64,000 nucleotides of DNA from Gracilinanus agilis (GCF_016433145.1 NC_058135.1:165257439-165321438), one strand, 5' to 3'. Shown: positions 24,951 through 36,085, numbered from the stretch's first letter. Notes: generated by a model not told the origin, from the letters alone. Made by a program: numbers and translations.

Positions 24951-25421
24951 TCAGACTGAAGTGACAGTCCTCACTTTAGCAGAGAGGGCTTGCTTGAACC
25001 TCCTCTTCAGGTCCTGCATATTGGGAGACTTTGGCCTAGGAATGAGAGAGGTTCTCCTCTTCTCTGGTGTGCTAGTGACCTGCTGTTTGTGACTCACTTC
25101 TTTGCACAGGACGTGGAAGGCATTGTAGACATCATTGTAATTCTCACTGACAGACACTTCGTAAAATGTGCAACCCAGCATGTTGGCCAGCTGCAGTCCA
25201 TGCTGTGGCTCTACCTGCTTGATATGGAGCAGATCTGCCTTGTTGGCCACAATGACAACTGGCAGCCGGGCCCCTGGGTGTAACTGCTGGACATGCTGGT
25301 GCAATTGGCCAATCAGCTCATAACTCTTGTAATCGATGATGGAGAAGACAATCACCACAGCATCAGCCCAGCGAATACATCTATTCAATTGTTCATTGCA
25401 GCTCAACCCTTGTTCGTGGAT
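24951..25421 (-). CDS. RASL11B: RASL11B coding exon 4 (156 aa + stop)
   Basis: Acceptor ctttctcggttttag|ATC. Encodes [23 protein letters not shown]...NKAD (G4)...EVSVSE (G5)...[18 protein letters not shown]. The four exons sum to 765 nt = 254 aa + TGA in one frame. Confidence 0.98.
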   Translation of the reverse strand: MHEQGLSCNEQLNRCIRWADAVVIVFSIIDYKSYELIGQLHQHVQQLHPGARLPVVIVANKADLLHIKQVEPQHGLQLANMLGCTFYEVSVSENYNDVYNAFHVLCKEVSHKQQVTSTPEKRRTSLIPRPKSPNMQDLKRRFKQALSAKVRTVTSV

Positions 25422-26124
25422 CTAAAACCGAGAAAGGTCATGAATTGATGGGGATAGAAAAAAGCCCAGTTTGGTCAACTTAAAGTCTAAGTCAGAAGAG
25501 TCTTTTGGACTCACACCATTGAGGGTCATAAATACAAATTACATTCCCACACATTTTGACTTTCTTAAGAATATGTTGATCCAGCTGCATGAAGCTGGAA
25601 TAAATAACCCTGCAGCTCACTACACTCAAGTGGAAAATTGACCTGCATAGTACTACACGCAGAGAGACTTTGTAGTTCCACAAAATGGGAAATTAGCTGG
25701 CTAGACAGTAAGTCTGGGGAAGTGAAGATATGAGCTGGAAGCATTTAAACCTGGAGAACTGCCCAGTTCAAGGGAGAGAGAGAGAGAGAGAGGAAAAAAA
25801 AAAAAAACCCACTATAACACTAGTATGGCTCTTTTGTCCACAGAGTAACTTTCCACAATATAAAACTGACTCTGAGTCTTAGTGTATATATCCACACATT
25901 TGGTTTTTAATACTAAAGTTTTTGGTTACAAGATTTTTTTCCCCATTTCAGACAGTAGACTTCTATACCCCAGAATTCCTCAAGCTGTGGCTGATCAGCT
26001 GCTAAAGAGATTCTCTTAATGCTCCATTAACTTACAACCTCTCCTTTCATAGCATTAGCTAGAGTAAGGACAATGCCACTTTGATGTAAAACAGATAATG
26101 TCTACGAAACTATAAGGATCTCAC

Positions 26125-26201
26125 CTGGACTCCTGGTGTATCTTGAACTTGAATTGCCAGTGTTTCTCCCTCTACTTGGACCTGCCGGGTATAAAGATTA
26201 C
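26125..26201 (-). CDS. RASL11B: RASL11B coding exon 3 (77 nt; not in the ORF track)
   Basis: Acceptor ttttcacttgaatag|GTAAT, donor CAG|GTGAGA. Encodes (G)[25 protein letters not shown] including the G3 motif DTPG, phase 1/0. Confidence 0.97.
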
Positions 26202-27573
26202 CTATTCAAGTGAAAAAGAAAAGAAAAAGGTTATTTATCCCCAAATGAGAAAGTTTTCAAAGCATTTCATTAATGGGGGGGGGGAAAACTAAACAAAATA
26301 AACCCATTTGCCCCAGTAAGTTCTAGTAACTTGAAATCTTATTAAGGTTTTTGTTTTTAACCAAAAGTCCATTGATACCAAAAGCAAAGCAATCTGCTGC
26401 TATTTAACAAAAGAATACAACATTATATTTATAGAGTCTGTTTTTTTATGACAGGAAACTCATTTGTTTTGAGAGGCTGACCTCTTCCCAAACTAAATTT
26501 CTATATATGAACAAGCATTTCCTCAAGTCTGTTTCCTTGCTGTAATTCATCAAATCCAAGAACATTGGAGTTGGCAGAGGCATGACATCATTTAATACAG
26601 CCCCCCAGTTTTACAGATGAGGAAACTGAGACAACAAGATTATGCCTGGCCCATGGTGCCACAGTTAATATGTGGCAGAGAACTTGGCCTCAGAAACCAA
26701 GTGGAATGCTGCTTTCCCTGCACCATGGTACCTTCTAATGTGCGTGTTTTTTCCAGTCCTGGATCACTACTTGACACATTTATCATTTAACATATCTGAC
26801 CTCTAAACAGGTTGTCAGATAGTTAAAAGTACAACCCACACCATCCACTAAAGAAAACACTTAAAATAATGATTGCCAAAACAAGAGCAAGTTGCCTTGA
26901 CTGATTTTATGGTGGCTAATAGTTTAGTGGGTATATTAAATAATTGCATATAGACCCTTCACATGTTTCTGAAGGTTTTAGCATACTGGATATGTGTATG
27001 AGTACATGTAATATATGTGTGTGTTCCTCGCCTCTGGTTCCTAATAACAAGGATTTTAAAATGTGTACTCATAATTATTCAGTCTAGCCCCTCCCAAAAA
27101 TAAAATCAAAGTCCCACTTATTTTTTTTTTCTTTTAGACACTACTAATGAAAGGGGGTAGGTTTAGGTTTATAACTACTCTGCTTTGGTCTTTGGTTTAA
27201 AAGGTCAAATCTGAAAGCCAGGACTACAGGGGGTAGGACCAGGCTATCTTTTTTATGACTCTAGCTACAGTGTTTTGGAGAGTGAGCCTAAGTACAAAGG
27301 GTACTTCCTACTGAGGCTCCAATAGTTAAAACATACCAAGGAGAAGAATTCTTTTTGGAGTAAAATGATGAATGAGTCCAGAATGGAACGAGGCCAGATG
27401 GTAGGGTGAAGGGATAGGGTGGGGGGAGGGAAGGAAAATTTTGTAAAGGCTGGAAGTCACAAATGTCAGGATGCTCACAGACTGGCTCTTTTTGAAGGAT
27501 TTACTTAATCCATACCAGTAATGGTACCAACCCAGCATTTCCCCCAAAAGAAGAGCTGTTAAAAGATGCTCAC

Positions 27574-27630
27574 CTGCATTTCTTTCATAGTCGCCAATGA
27601 ATCGTTTGGTCAGGAATCGTACCACCAGTG
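27574..27630 (-). CDS. RASL11B: RASL11B coding exon 2 (57 nt)
   Basis: Acceptor ttttctgacctacag|CA, donor CAG|GTGAGC. Encodes (A)LVVRFLTKRFIGDYERNA(G), phase 1/1. Confidence 0.97.
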
Positions 27631-28049
27631 CTGTAGGTCAGAAAAGAAAAAGGAAACCCGGTTATCCTTTGGAATGACAGGCTAACTGAGAGACCCACTA
27701 CCTGGGCTGTGAGCCCAGGCTCAGCAAATAGCTTCCCCAGGGAATGGGCGGCAGGAAGCCAAGTGAAATACCATTTCTACACTCATTGGCCCGGATCCTT
27801 GACCAGAACCACACTGGGAGAAGAGGGAAACAACAATTACTCTATTCGGGAGCTGGACTGATCATGTAGGGCAGTCCTCTGCCTCTGAGTAGGGCTGTAC
27901 CAAAGTCCGAACAGGTAAGTAGTAGTCCACATTTTTAAAAGGACCAAGAAAGCAACTTCACCATTTCCCCCAAGTGACTGGCTTCATGGTGAGAGGAAAT
28001 CAGAGATTAGAGACGATTAAGGAAGGTGGGGTTGGGGGACGAGAGTGGC

Positions 28050-29000
28050 AAGAGGTGGAGATCCGTAGGAGCTCCCAGATCCCCGATGCGCTTTACAACC
28101 CTTGCAATAAATAAGGACTATGATTACTCCCCTTCTCCAAATCGTAGTTGGAGGAGGAGGAAGTCACCTAGTGGCCAGCCAGAACAACCCGACCCTCCCA
28201 GAGCCAGTGCGGGTTCGGGCCCAGGACTCACCGGTCTTGCCGACTCCGCTAGCCCCCACGACAGCGATCTTGACTAGGCGGCGGCCCGACACTGCGCTCA
28301 GACAGCAGTCGATGGAGGCGGCGGCGGCGCTGCCGCTGCTGCCGGGAGTAGGGTATTCTGCAATGGTGCACATGTTCTGGATCAGGCGCATCGCCCCGGC
28401 CGAGGGCTGGACCGGACAAGGCGGGCGGGGCTGACTGGTCTGGCTAAGGGGGAAGATGGGCAGCCGCACCGGAGTCTCGGAGTGCACAGCGGCGGAGGCG
28501 GAGATGGAGGTGGAGGCAGCGGCAAGAAGCAGCGATAGCTCCCGGAGCTCTGCAAGAGGTTGTAGCCACTAAACGCTGCTCGAAAGCTCAAGCTTAGGGG
28601 CAGAGTTTGTGGCGGCTGTCTCCCAGCGCGCAGGCTATTTTGTGCTGATTTGGCCCTGCCCCTCGCCACCCGCAGCCAATCCAGTCATGGACATTGGGGA
28701 GACTCCGCCCCCTCCTGAGCCGTTGGCTGCAGCCCCTCCGCCCTTCTCCCCACCCCTCCGCCCCTCTCCCCTGCCTTCAGCCCCTGCTGAAAGGGGCGAG
28801 TCCAGTGCGGGGCCCCGTGAGGCTGCTGAGGCTTCCGGGACTGGGGAAAAGTGGGGCAGCCCAGACCTGCTGCCACACTACTCCCGGAGGTGAGCAACAT
28901 GTGCGTGTCTGAAAGCACCTGAAAAGGACACTCTTAGCCCTTAGGCATCCTCAAGGCTAGCCACGGGAGATGTGGGGGGCGCAGGTGGGCCAGGGGCACG
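28050..29000 (-). promoter_or_regulatory. RASL11B: CpG island / RASL11B promoter and 5'UTR
   Basis: Sharp CpG and GC enrichment in a CpG-poor window. GC boxes (ctccgccc) at about 28703, 28737 and 28756. CCAAT at 28676-28680 (+) and 28693-28697 (-). No upstream ATG in 28392-28620 on the - strand. A TSS near 28600 is inferred, not observed. Confidence 0.85.
28232..28391 (-). CDS. RASL11B: RASL11B coding exon 1 (53 codons + 1 nt)
   Basis: ATG at 28391-28389 in context gccggggcgATG. Encodes [53 protein letters not shown] with P-loop GxxxxGKT. Donor G|GTGAGT at 28231. Confidence 0.97.
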
Positions 29001-30627
29001 AGAGCCCGTGGACTAGCAGGCTGGGATGGGGGTAGGGCATAGAGGGAGACGCTATTAAGTTGACTGCCCAGCTCAGAAAGCCGGGATGGGCTGTCTCCCT
29101 CCCCGCCCCCTCTCCAGCCCACCCAACGTGGGCATACTCTGCCAGCTTCGTTTTACAAAGGTTGTCTCTGTGCCCTCCCCCTTCCATAAACACTTGCACA
29201 TGTAGGGCACTCTCTCCCTCATGCATCTGCACGCCCTCGCTCACGGGCAGGTACATGCTGCTGAGCAGTTCTGCCAAACTATTCATTCTCTGCCCAGCCT
29301 TGCTACAGCTAGGAGTAGGGGGAGGGGAGGAGAACAGCCGCCTTCCCTACAGCCACATCAATTCCTCTTTTCTTTGTGTCAAAGCGCTGTCTTTGTGTGG
29401 GTGAATCTCCACCTTCCACACCGTGGTTGGGTCTGTATGTTTATGCCTTTGTCTCTTTTCTTTCTCCCTCATTTGGGATGAGATTACATTGATTAGTTTT
29501 AAATTCGTTTGTGTTCTGTTTATGCCTTAAATAATGGATGGGATACAGTTGCAATAGATTGTACTAATTAACTATGTCCATAATGTGACATTCAATCGTA
29601 AGTAAAATAATGGAAATATGGAAGTTTTTTTTTTCTATAAAGTTAAGAGTCCTGGCATTAAAAATAAATAAAACAATCAGGCCTGCAGCATCATCTCATT
29701 CACTCACCAACAATTTAAGTGCCTACTGTTTACAGAGTGCAAATCTAGGGCCCAAGAGATATAAAGTTAAAATAAAATGCATCCTTGCTTTCTTGGACGA
29801 ACAAAAAAAATCATTTAGTTAGGCCTGCACAATAAGTCAGAAGATATTTATAGGGCACCTAGCAGTACTGGCACTCACTGATATAAATACATATTGCTAC
29901 TGTCAACATGGAACAATCATGGAAATGACTAGTATTGCTGCTGCTGCTACAGCTACAGAGAGGCAGAAATCCCAAGGGCCTTCCTTTGGTCTTTAATTTT
30001 GGAGTCATCATGAATTTTAGAAGTTCATGACTTCCACCAATACAATCACACATTATTTCTAACCTGTGAGATTCTTCTCCATTCCTTTCCACAAATTCTC
30101 TATAGAAGATATACCCAAGATATTGGAGACATTCCTCTCACTCTTTTAGTATCTTTTGGGGACCTCTGCAGCATTTGGGCTGTCCACACGCTATGTGACT
30201 CCATGCTAATAATACATGACCAGTCCACCTGCTATTTTACTTGTTGGAAAGAGATCATAGTTTTCTAGACTAAGAGCCAGAAGGGATGCTTGTGGTCATC
30301 TGGTCCAAATCTTCATTTTACCCAATCGTACAATGACAGAGCAGGAGGAATTCAACCCTGCCTCCTCTCACTCTCAAACAAATGCTTTTTCCAGTACTCT
30401 TGGCCTTAATGTCTTGCTCTTTTAGTCATTCACAATGTTGACAACTCCAAGGCACAAGGTAGGGAAGACTCACCCCGTTGGATGTATTTGTGAGGTGAAA
30501 CTTAACAAGACTCCCAAAGAAGATTCCTCACCAGTATTCTAAGGCATAGGATTCATAGCACTACATTAATGTTCTCACTTCATAATGGGGTGGAGTGCTG
30601 AACTTAGAATCATCAAAGCTGCATGGA

Positions 30628-30835
30628 GGGGGCAGCTAGGTAGCTCAGTGGATTGAGAGCCAGGCCTAGAGATGGGAGGTAGGTCCTAGGTTCAAATCCG
30701 GCCTCAGACACTTCCCAGCTGTGTGACCCTGGGCAAGTCACTTGACCCTCATTGCCTACCCTTACCACTCTTCCACCTATAAGTCAATACACAGAAGTTA
30801 AGGGTTTAAAATAAAAAAAAAAATAAAAAAAAAAT
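30628..30835 (+). mobile_element. Young SINE1_Mdo-like SINE (short-tail variant) with TSD
   Basis: TSD aaagctgcatgga at 30615-30627 and 30836-30848; A-rich tail. Confidence 0.96.
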
Positions 30836-31380
30836 AAAGCTGCATGGATTCCCATCTCCATGGCTTTCTAGTAATATTCCCTTAGACAAATTCCTGTACT
30901 CTCTGAGGTTTCTCTAAGATGGAGGCAAAAACACCTTCCTTAACTACCTTGTCGAGTAACTGAGGAAGCTGAGGTAAATAGAGTTAAGTGACATAAACAG
31001 GGTCACCCAGCTAGTAAGTGTCTCAGGCCAGATTTAACTCAGGAAGATGAGTTTCCTTGACTATCTGCTTTGCCATCTAGCTGCCTGTTCTCAATCTAGT
31101 TGGAATCCAATTGAATTTGTTCAATTCTATACTTAACCCTTCAGTGTATATTAGCATATCTTTATAACAGAAATAATAGCTCATACTTACCCAGTGCTTT
31201 ACAATGGGACAAACAACTTGACTCTAAACAATCCTGTAAAGTAGATGGTATATTATAGGAAGTGTAACTAACATCCATATGGTCCTTTCAGTGCCTGGAG
31301 TTCCACCAAAGGAGAGACTTGCAGAGTGAATGATAGGGATCCTTGGGGTAAAGCGGGATAAAGTGTAACAGCTAGCATAC

Positions 31381-31414
<34 letters not shown>

Positions 31415-34400
31415 TTCCTTCCTTGTTTCAAGATGTGACATTAGAGATTTTTGTTAAAGAAGCATAACTGCTTTACAAAAAAAAAAAAAGCAATAAATGG
31501 TTATTTTTGCCTAGAGAATGACAACCTTTTATTTTTCTACTGAACTTGACCCCTTAGCTAGACTAAAACAACTGTCGATGTGATCTAACTGCTATATCAT
31601 AACAGCTCTAATTTGTAGAATATATTGAGGATTGTAACACACTTTATGTACATTATCTCTACTTGATCTTCACAACAACTTTGTGTGATAGATGGTCCAA
31701 GGATTGTGATGATGAAGCTGACTGATCTTCAGAAGGTCAAATGATTTGCTTTAAGTCATATAGCTTGAAAGGGATAGAAACTAAATATTCTGACTGACTC
31801 CAGAACCAGAGCCCTTTCCACTATTCTAACCTCTGGGTTATTAACCAGTAAAAGTGCACCAAGGCAAATAACAGGAAATAAAATCTCAAGTGGCCATTAT
31901 GGCATAAAATGTATAATGGCTAATATGATAATCAATAAACAAGAGAGACACTTAGCAAATCTTAGCAAAAAGACAATAAAATATTCAGATTTACAGAGTA
32001 TTCTAGAATGTGCAGAGTAGATTATTAGTTTAAGAAGTGGTATATACAAGTGATTAATAGCTTCCATTAAGATAGCTCTATAAGGTTTACAAAGCACTTT
32101 TCCTTCTTTATCTCACTTGAACCTCATGACCACACTGTGAAGTAAGTGTTATAATTATCTCCAAAAAGCGAAGGACAGAGAGTGAGCAACTCGCCCAGAT
32201 TCCAATAGCATTTAAGCTTATGTCTGAGAGTGGGATTCACACCCCAGTCTTCCTGATTTTGAATCCTGTTTTTTATCCAGTATACCAGACTGTCTCCTGC
32301 ATAATATTAGCTTTCTACCCCCGTCTTCCCTCTGCCAAATGACAATCAGACAAAACAGTGATCATTCTGAGTCAATATTAGAGGACTCTTCAATTATTTT
32401 GAAATGCTACTTGTAGAACAAATAATATTTCTGGGAATTCATTTATCTAAAAATTCCTTTTAGAAAGAAAGTTTACCATGCTTCTTTAAATCCTGAAGTT
32501 TAACTTAGTTTAAAAGGAAAGATCCAGGACTATATGAGTGCCAACATTTGAGTTCAAGTGGAAAAAGAAAAAAAGACGAGCATTACTAATGTTTAGCACA
32601 TTTTTTATGGTTTAAATCAAGCCTGGTTTTTTGCTTTAAATTCAAACGTGGCAAGACCGTTGTCCTGAAAGAAAGGGAAATCTACATGAATTTTAAGTTT
32701 TAAAAAATCTTTAGTCTCATTTTCCATCCTATTTTTCTTTTGTAAAATTGTTAAGTATTGAGACAGTCATTAAATTACTGGTTGTGCTCATCTGCACTTG
32801 CAAATACCAATCCAAAGTTTACCAGCAAACAAATGACTGCAAAGAGAGTTTTACCCTAAGCTTTCTCCACTTCTTGGAACTTCATTTCCATTACTAGGAG
32901 ATTGGATCAACCTATGATTTTTCTGTCTGTAATACAAAAGCTTAATACAGTCTTCTTATTTTAGCCCCAAATCCATCTACCTGTACAATCAAGAATACAG
33001 AAAAGAACAGGCACAGGACAAAGAGAAAGACAGTGAACAGCCTGCTCTAATCTATAACAAATAACTCCCTGGGTACCAATAGGCAGAGTACTCTGACCCC
33101 TCCCCTTGAGTGTTCCCTTCCTGGGACACAGTTCATGAACTAGATCAATAACAGAATCACCCAAAATGGTCCAAGTGAGTCAGTATGCTCAGAAACAGTG
33201 TGAGGGAACAAGGAAATATAGATTGGGCTTTCATTCCTCAAGTTAACCAGCAGCCCCAGATGCAGCAAAAAATAAAACTCTCCCAAAGCAGGTTTCTAGT
33301 CTTTAATGGGGAAACAAAAATGAGACCAGGAGGAGGGGAGAAGGAGAAGAGGAAACTTCCCAATTTTCTACATAGCTTTTGTATGTAAAGTTTTCCCTGC
33401 ACCTTGTCTTCTTTAGAGCTGGAAGTGAGCTCTGGAAATTGGTTTTGGCTGTGGAGCTCAGCAGTAGATGAGTGAGGGCTGTGGTGAACTTTACAAATTT
33501 ATGGACACATTAGTGAGCAAGAAAGCAGCAGGAGTGACTGGCCCTCTCTCTGGAGCATGCCCCCATGGAAGTGAAAGGGCTTTGTCATCAACTGATATCA
33601 ATCAAGAGAGTTACAAACAGAGTCCTCTCTGCCTAGCTCCCTAGAGTGAGAATCAGGATGATTCCGTGGCAGATGTGTAAATTCCCTTTCCCTACCACAG
33701 TGGGAGGGAATCCTCCCTAACTAAGCCTTGGTGTCACTCCTCTCTCCACCCCAACCCCCAACCTCCCCCACAGTAGGGGAGAGCCTTTTAGGAGATGAAC
33801 ACCTGTTTGATTTGTCATTTTAAAAGGTTAAAGGGAAGGGGCTTGATGTTTTTGCTCTGGGAACCCAAAATTTAAGTTGAGATGCTATATGGGGCTCACT
33901 CTTATTATTTTATTTTCTTTTCAATATTTGTAGATTCTCATATGTTTTCTCCAAACCTCTTTATTTTCAGTTGGATATGTGCAACATTTCCATATTGCTG
34001 GTTTGGGCAGAAGGCTAATTTTTTAAAGTTCCTTCTTAAAAATCCTACTTCTGTCTCATGTTGGCAATGGACTTGGGATCAGGAAAAACTTGGGTTCAAA
34101 TTATGCCTCTTACACTAGCTGCATAATTCAATATCCCTGTGCCTCATTTTGCCCATCTGTTAAATAAAGATAATAATACTCACACAACTTATTTCAGTGT
34201 TGTTGTAAGGGACAAGTGAAATCATAGATGTGAAGGATCTTGTGCTTTATAAGCTCTAGTCATTCCAAAACTCCATTCCAAGCCTTACTCAGGGCGTGGT
34301 ATTGGTCTATAATAGCCTCTCACACAATAAAATAGCCAATCTAGGCCTAATTTCTTGTTTTAGGTGACTTCCCAAAGTAAATAACTGGCCCAGTGTTCAT

Positions 34401-35550
34401 TTACTATGCTTGTTGTTTTGGAAAGGACATAATGAAGAAATGGAAGTAGAAATATGATGTGACATTAAATGTTAGAAAGAATATCACAGATAAGAGCAAA
34501 GTTTTTTCTCCCAATGATGGAGTTCATTTGTAATGTGGGTTTTTTAATTGAATTTTTTTAAAAGTCCCAGGACCCAAATGTTCATAAACATTCTCCAACT
34601 TAAGAGAGGAGAAAGCATGTTAGGGGTGTTTATTTTCTAAGAAAGCGAATATCTGAGCAGTTACATATGTAAAGCTGAGCAAAAGGTTTACTTTCCCCAT
34701 GTCTCAGTAGAACACAGTGAAGATTAGGCAGATGTCTAGAAGGTCTAAGGACTTGAGTAAAGCAATCAGCAGGTCACCTGCTATCTTGGCCTTTCTGTCC
34801 AGGGCTAAACTACTGAGCCACGATCTTTAGGATCAAAGTACCAGGGGAGGCAAAGTGGAAATTAAATAACAAGATTTCTTTCCATTAGAAAGATCACCTG
34901 GACAACAGAACCCACGCTTACTTCAAATAGGATCCTTTGACACTAAAAAATGGGGGATGGGTCCATAATGTACCCTTGTTTCCTCCCTTTCACCCCCCCC
35001 CATCTCACATACCCAAGTTGGTTTCTATAGCAACATAATGGTAGACATTTTTTCCTTTCCACATACAAAAAAGAACTGGCTAAAGTTCTTTTTGGTTTGC
35101 ATTATAAATAGATTTCATATTTTCTACTTTGGAAGGTCTTATTCCCTTCCCTTTTAAAAAAATGTAATATTTAAATTAAAAGCAAAAAGAAACAGTGGAA
35201 GTAAGTCTTTTCTTTCAAAACATTTTCTGTGCCTTTTTCTCTCAGTCTTTCAAGAGCCTAAGTCTTTTATCTAAGAGCATGGAATGTCCTTCTCATAAGC
35301 AGTCTGATGACAGACATCTCTGAATAAATACATGCTTTATGCATTATTGGAAACGTATCAGGAAGCTGCCAATATGTTTTGATTGGGGAGGAGGTAATCC
35401 CATTGGTCATATTATAAATGCCTTCTAGAATATGAAGCTACATTAGTAACTAATATTAATCCATTATTAATAAAGCCATCATTGTGAGCTCTGTTTAGTG
35501 AATGAGAGAGTTCTGTTTCTTTGGTAAATATGCCATGATCACTTTTTAAT

Positions 35551-35770
35551 ATTTTAATTTTTTTTTATTTTTTTATTTAAAACCCTTAACTTCTGTGTAT
35601 TGGCTCCTAGTTAGAAGAGTGGTAAGGGTAGGCAATGGGGGTCAAGTGTCTTGCCCAGGGTCACACAGCTGGGAAGTGTCTGAGGCCAGATTTGAACCTA
35701 GGACCGCCTGTCTCTAGGCCTGGCTCTCAATCCACTGAGCTACCCAGCTGCACCCCCCCCCCCCCCCCCC
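35551..35770 (-). mobile_element. Young SINE1_Mdo-like SINE with a 5' G18 run and TSD
   Basis: TSD gatcactttttaat at 35537-35550 and 35771-35784; C18 run on the + strand at 35753-35770. Confidence 0.95.
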
Positions 35771-36085
35771 GATCACTTTTTAATTGTACCTTTTTACCCT
35801 TTTTATCCAACAGAACAAGATCCCACAATTATACGGTCCCAAACATCTAACCCTTTCTCCACATATGACTGCCAGCTTTGGGTCCTACAAGTATATATGA
35901 ATTCCAAAGAAGCCTTTTTATATGTAAAGATCTGAAGATACCTCCTGTTTCTGTTCTACAGACATGGAAAAGGTTCTAATCTTGGGGCAAGTTAAGTAAT
36001 TTACTGACATGTCCAGTTTGAATTTCAGTTGGGCTAAATTTGCCTAGTCTTCTACTTCTAATGCTGAAGTGGAAGCATATAAGCC

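Noticed and set aside
24587-25283. + strand ORFs (125, 68 and 97 aa) antisense to RASL11B exon 4 and 3'UTR
   Set aside because: Shadow ORFs; no independent evidence.
27326-27573. Continuation of the 99-aa ORF beyond ...ERNAG
   Set aside because: Read-through into intron 2; the real exon ends at the GTGAGC donor (27573).
28630-28645. MEF2 or TATA box at ggctattttgtg
   Set aside because: Mismatches both consensus sequences; at best a weak TATA-like element.
28026-29481. Many overlapping ORFs across the CpG island
   Set aside because: GC-rich DNA is depleted of stop codons; no recognisable proteins apart from RASL11B exon 1.
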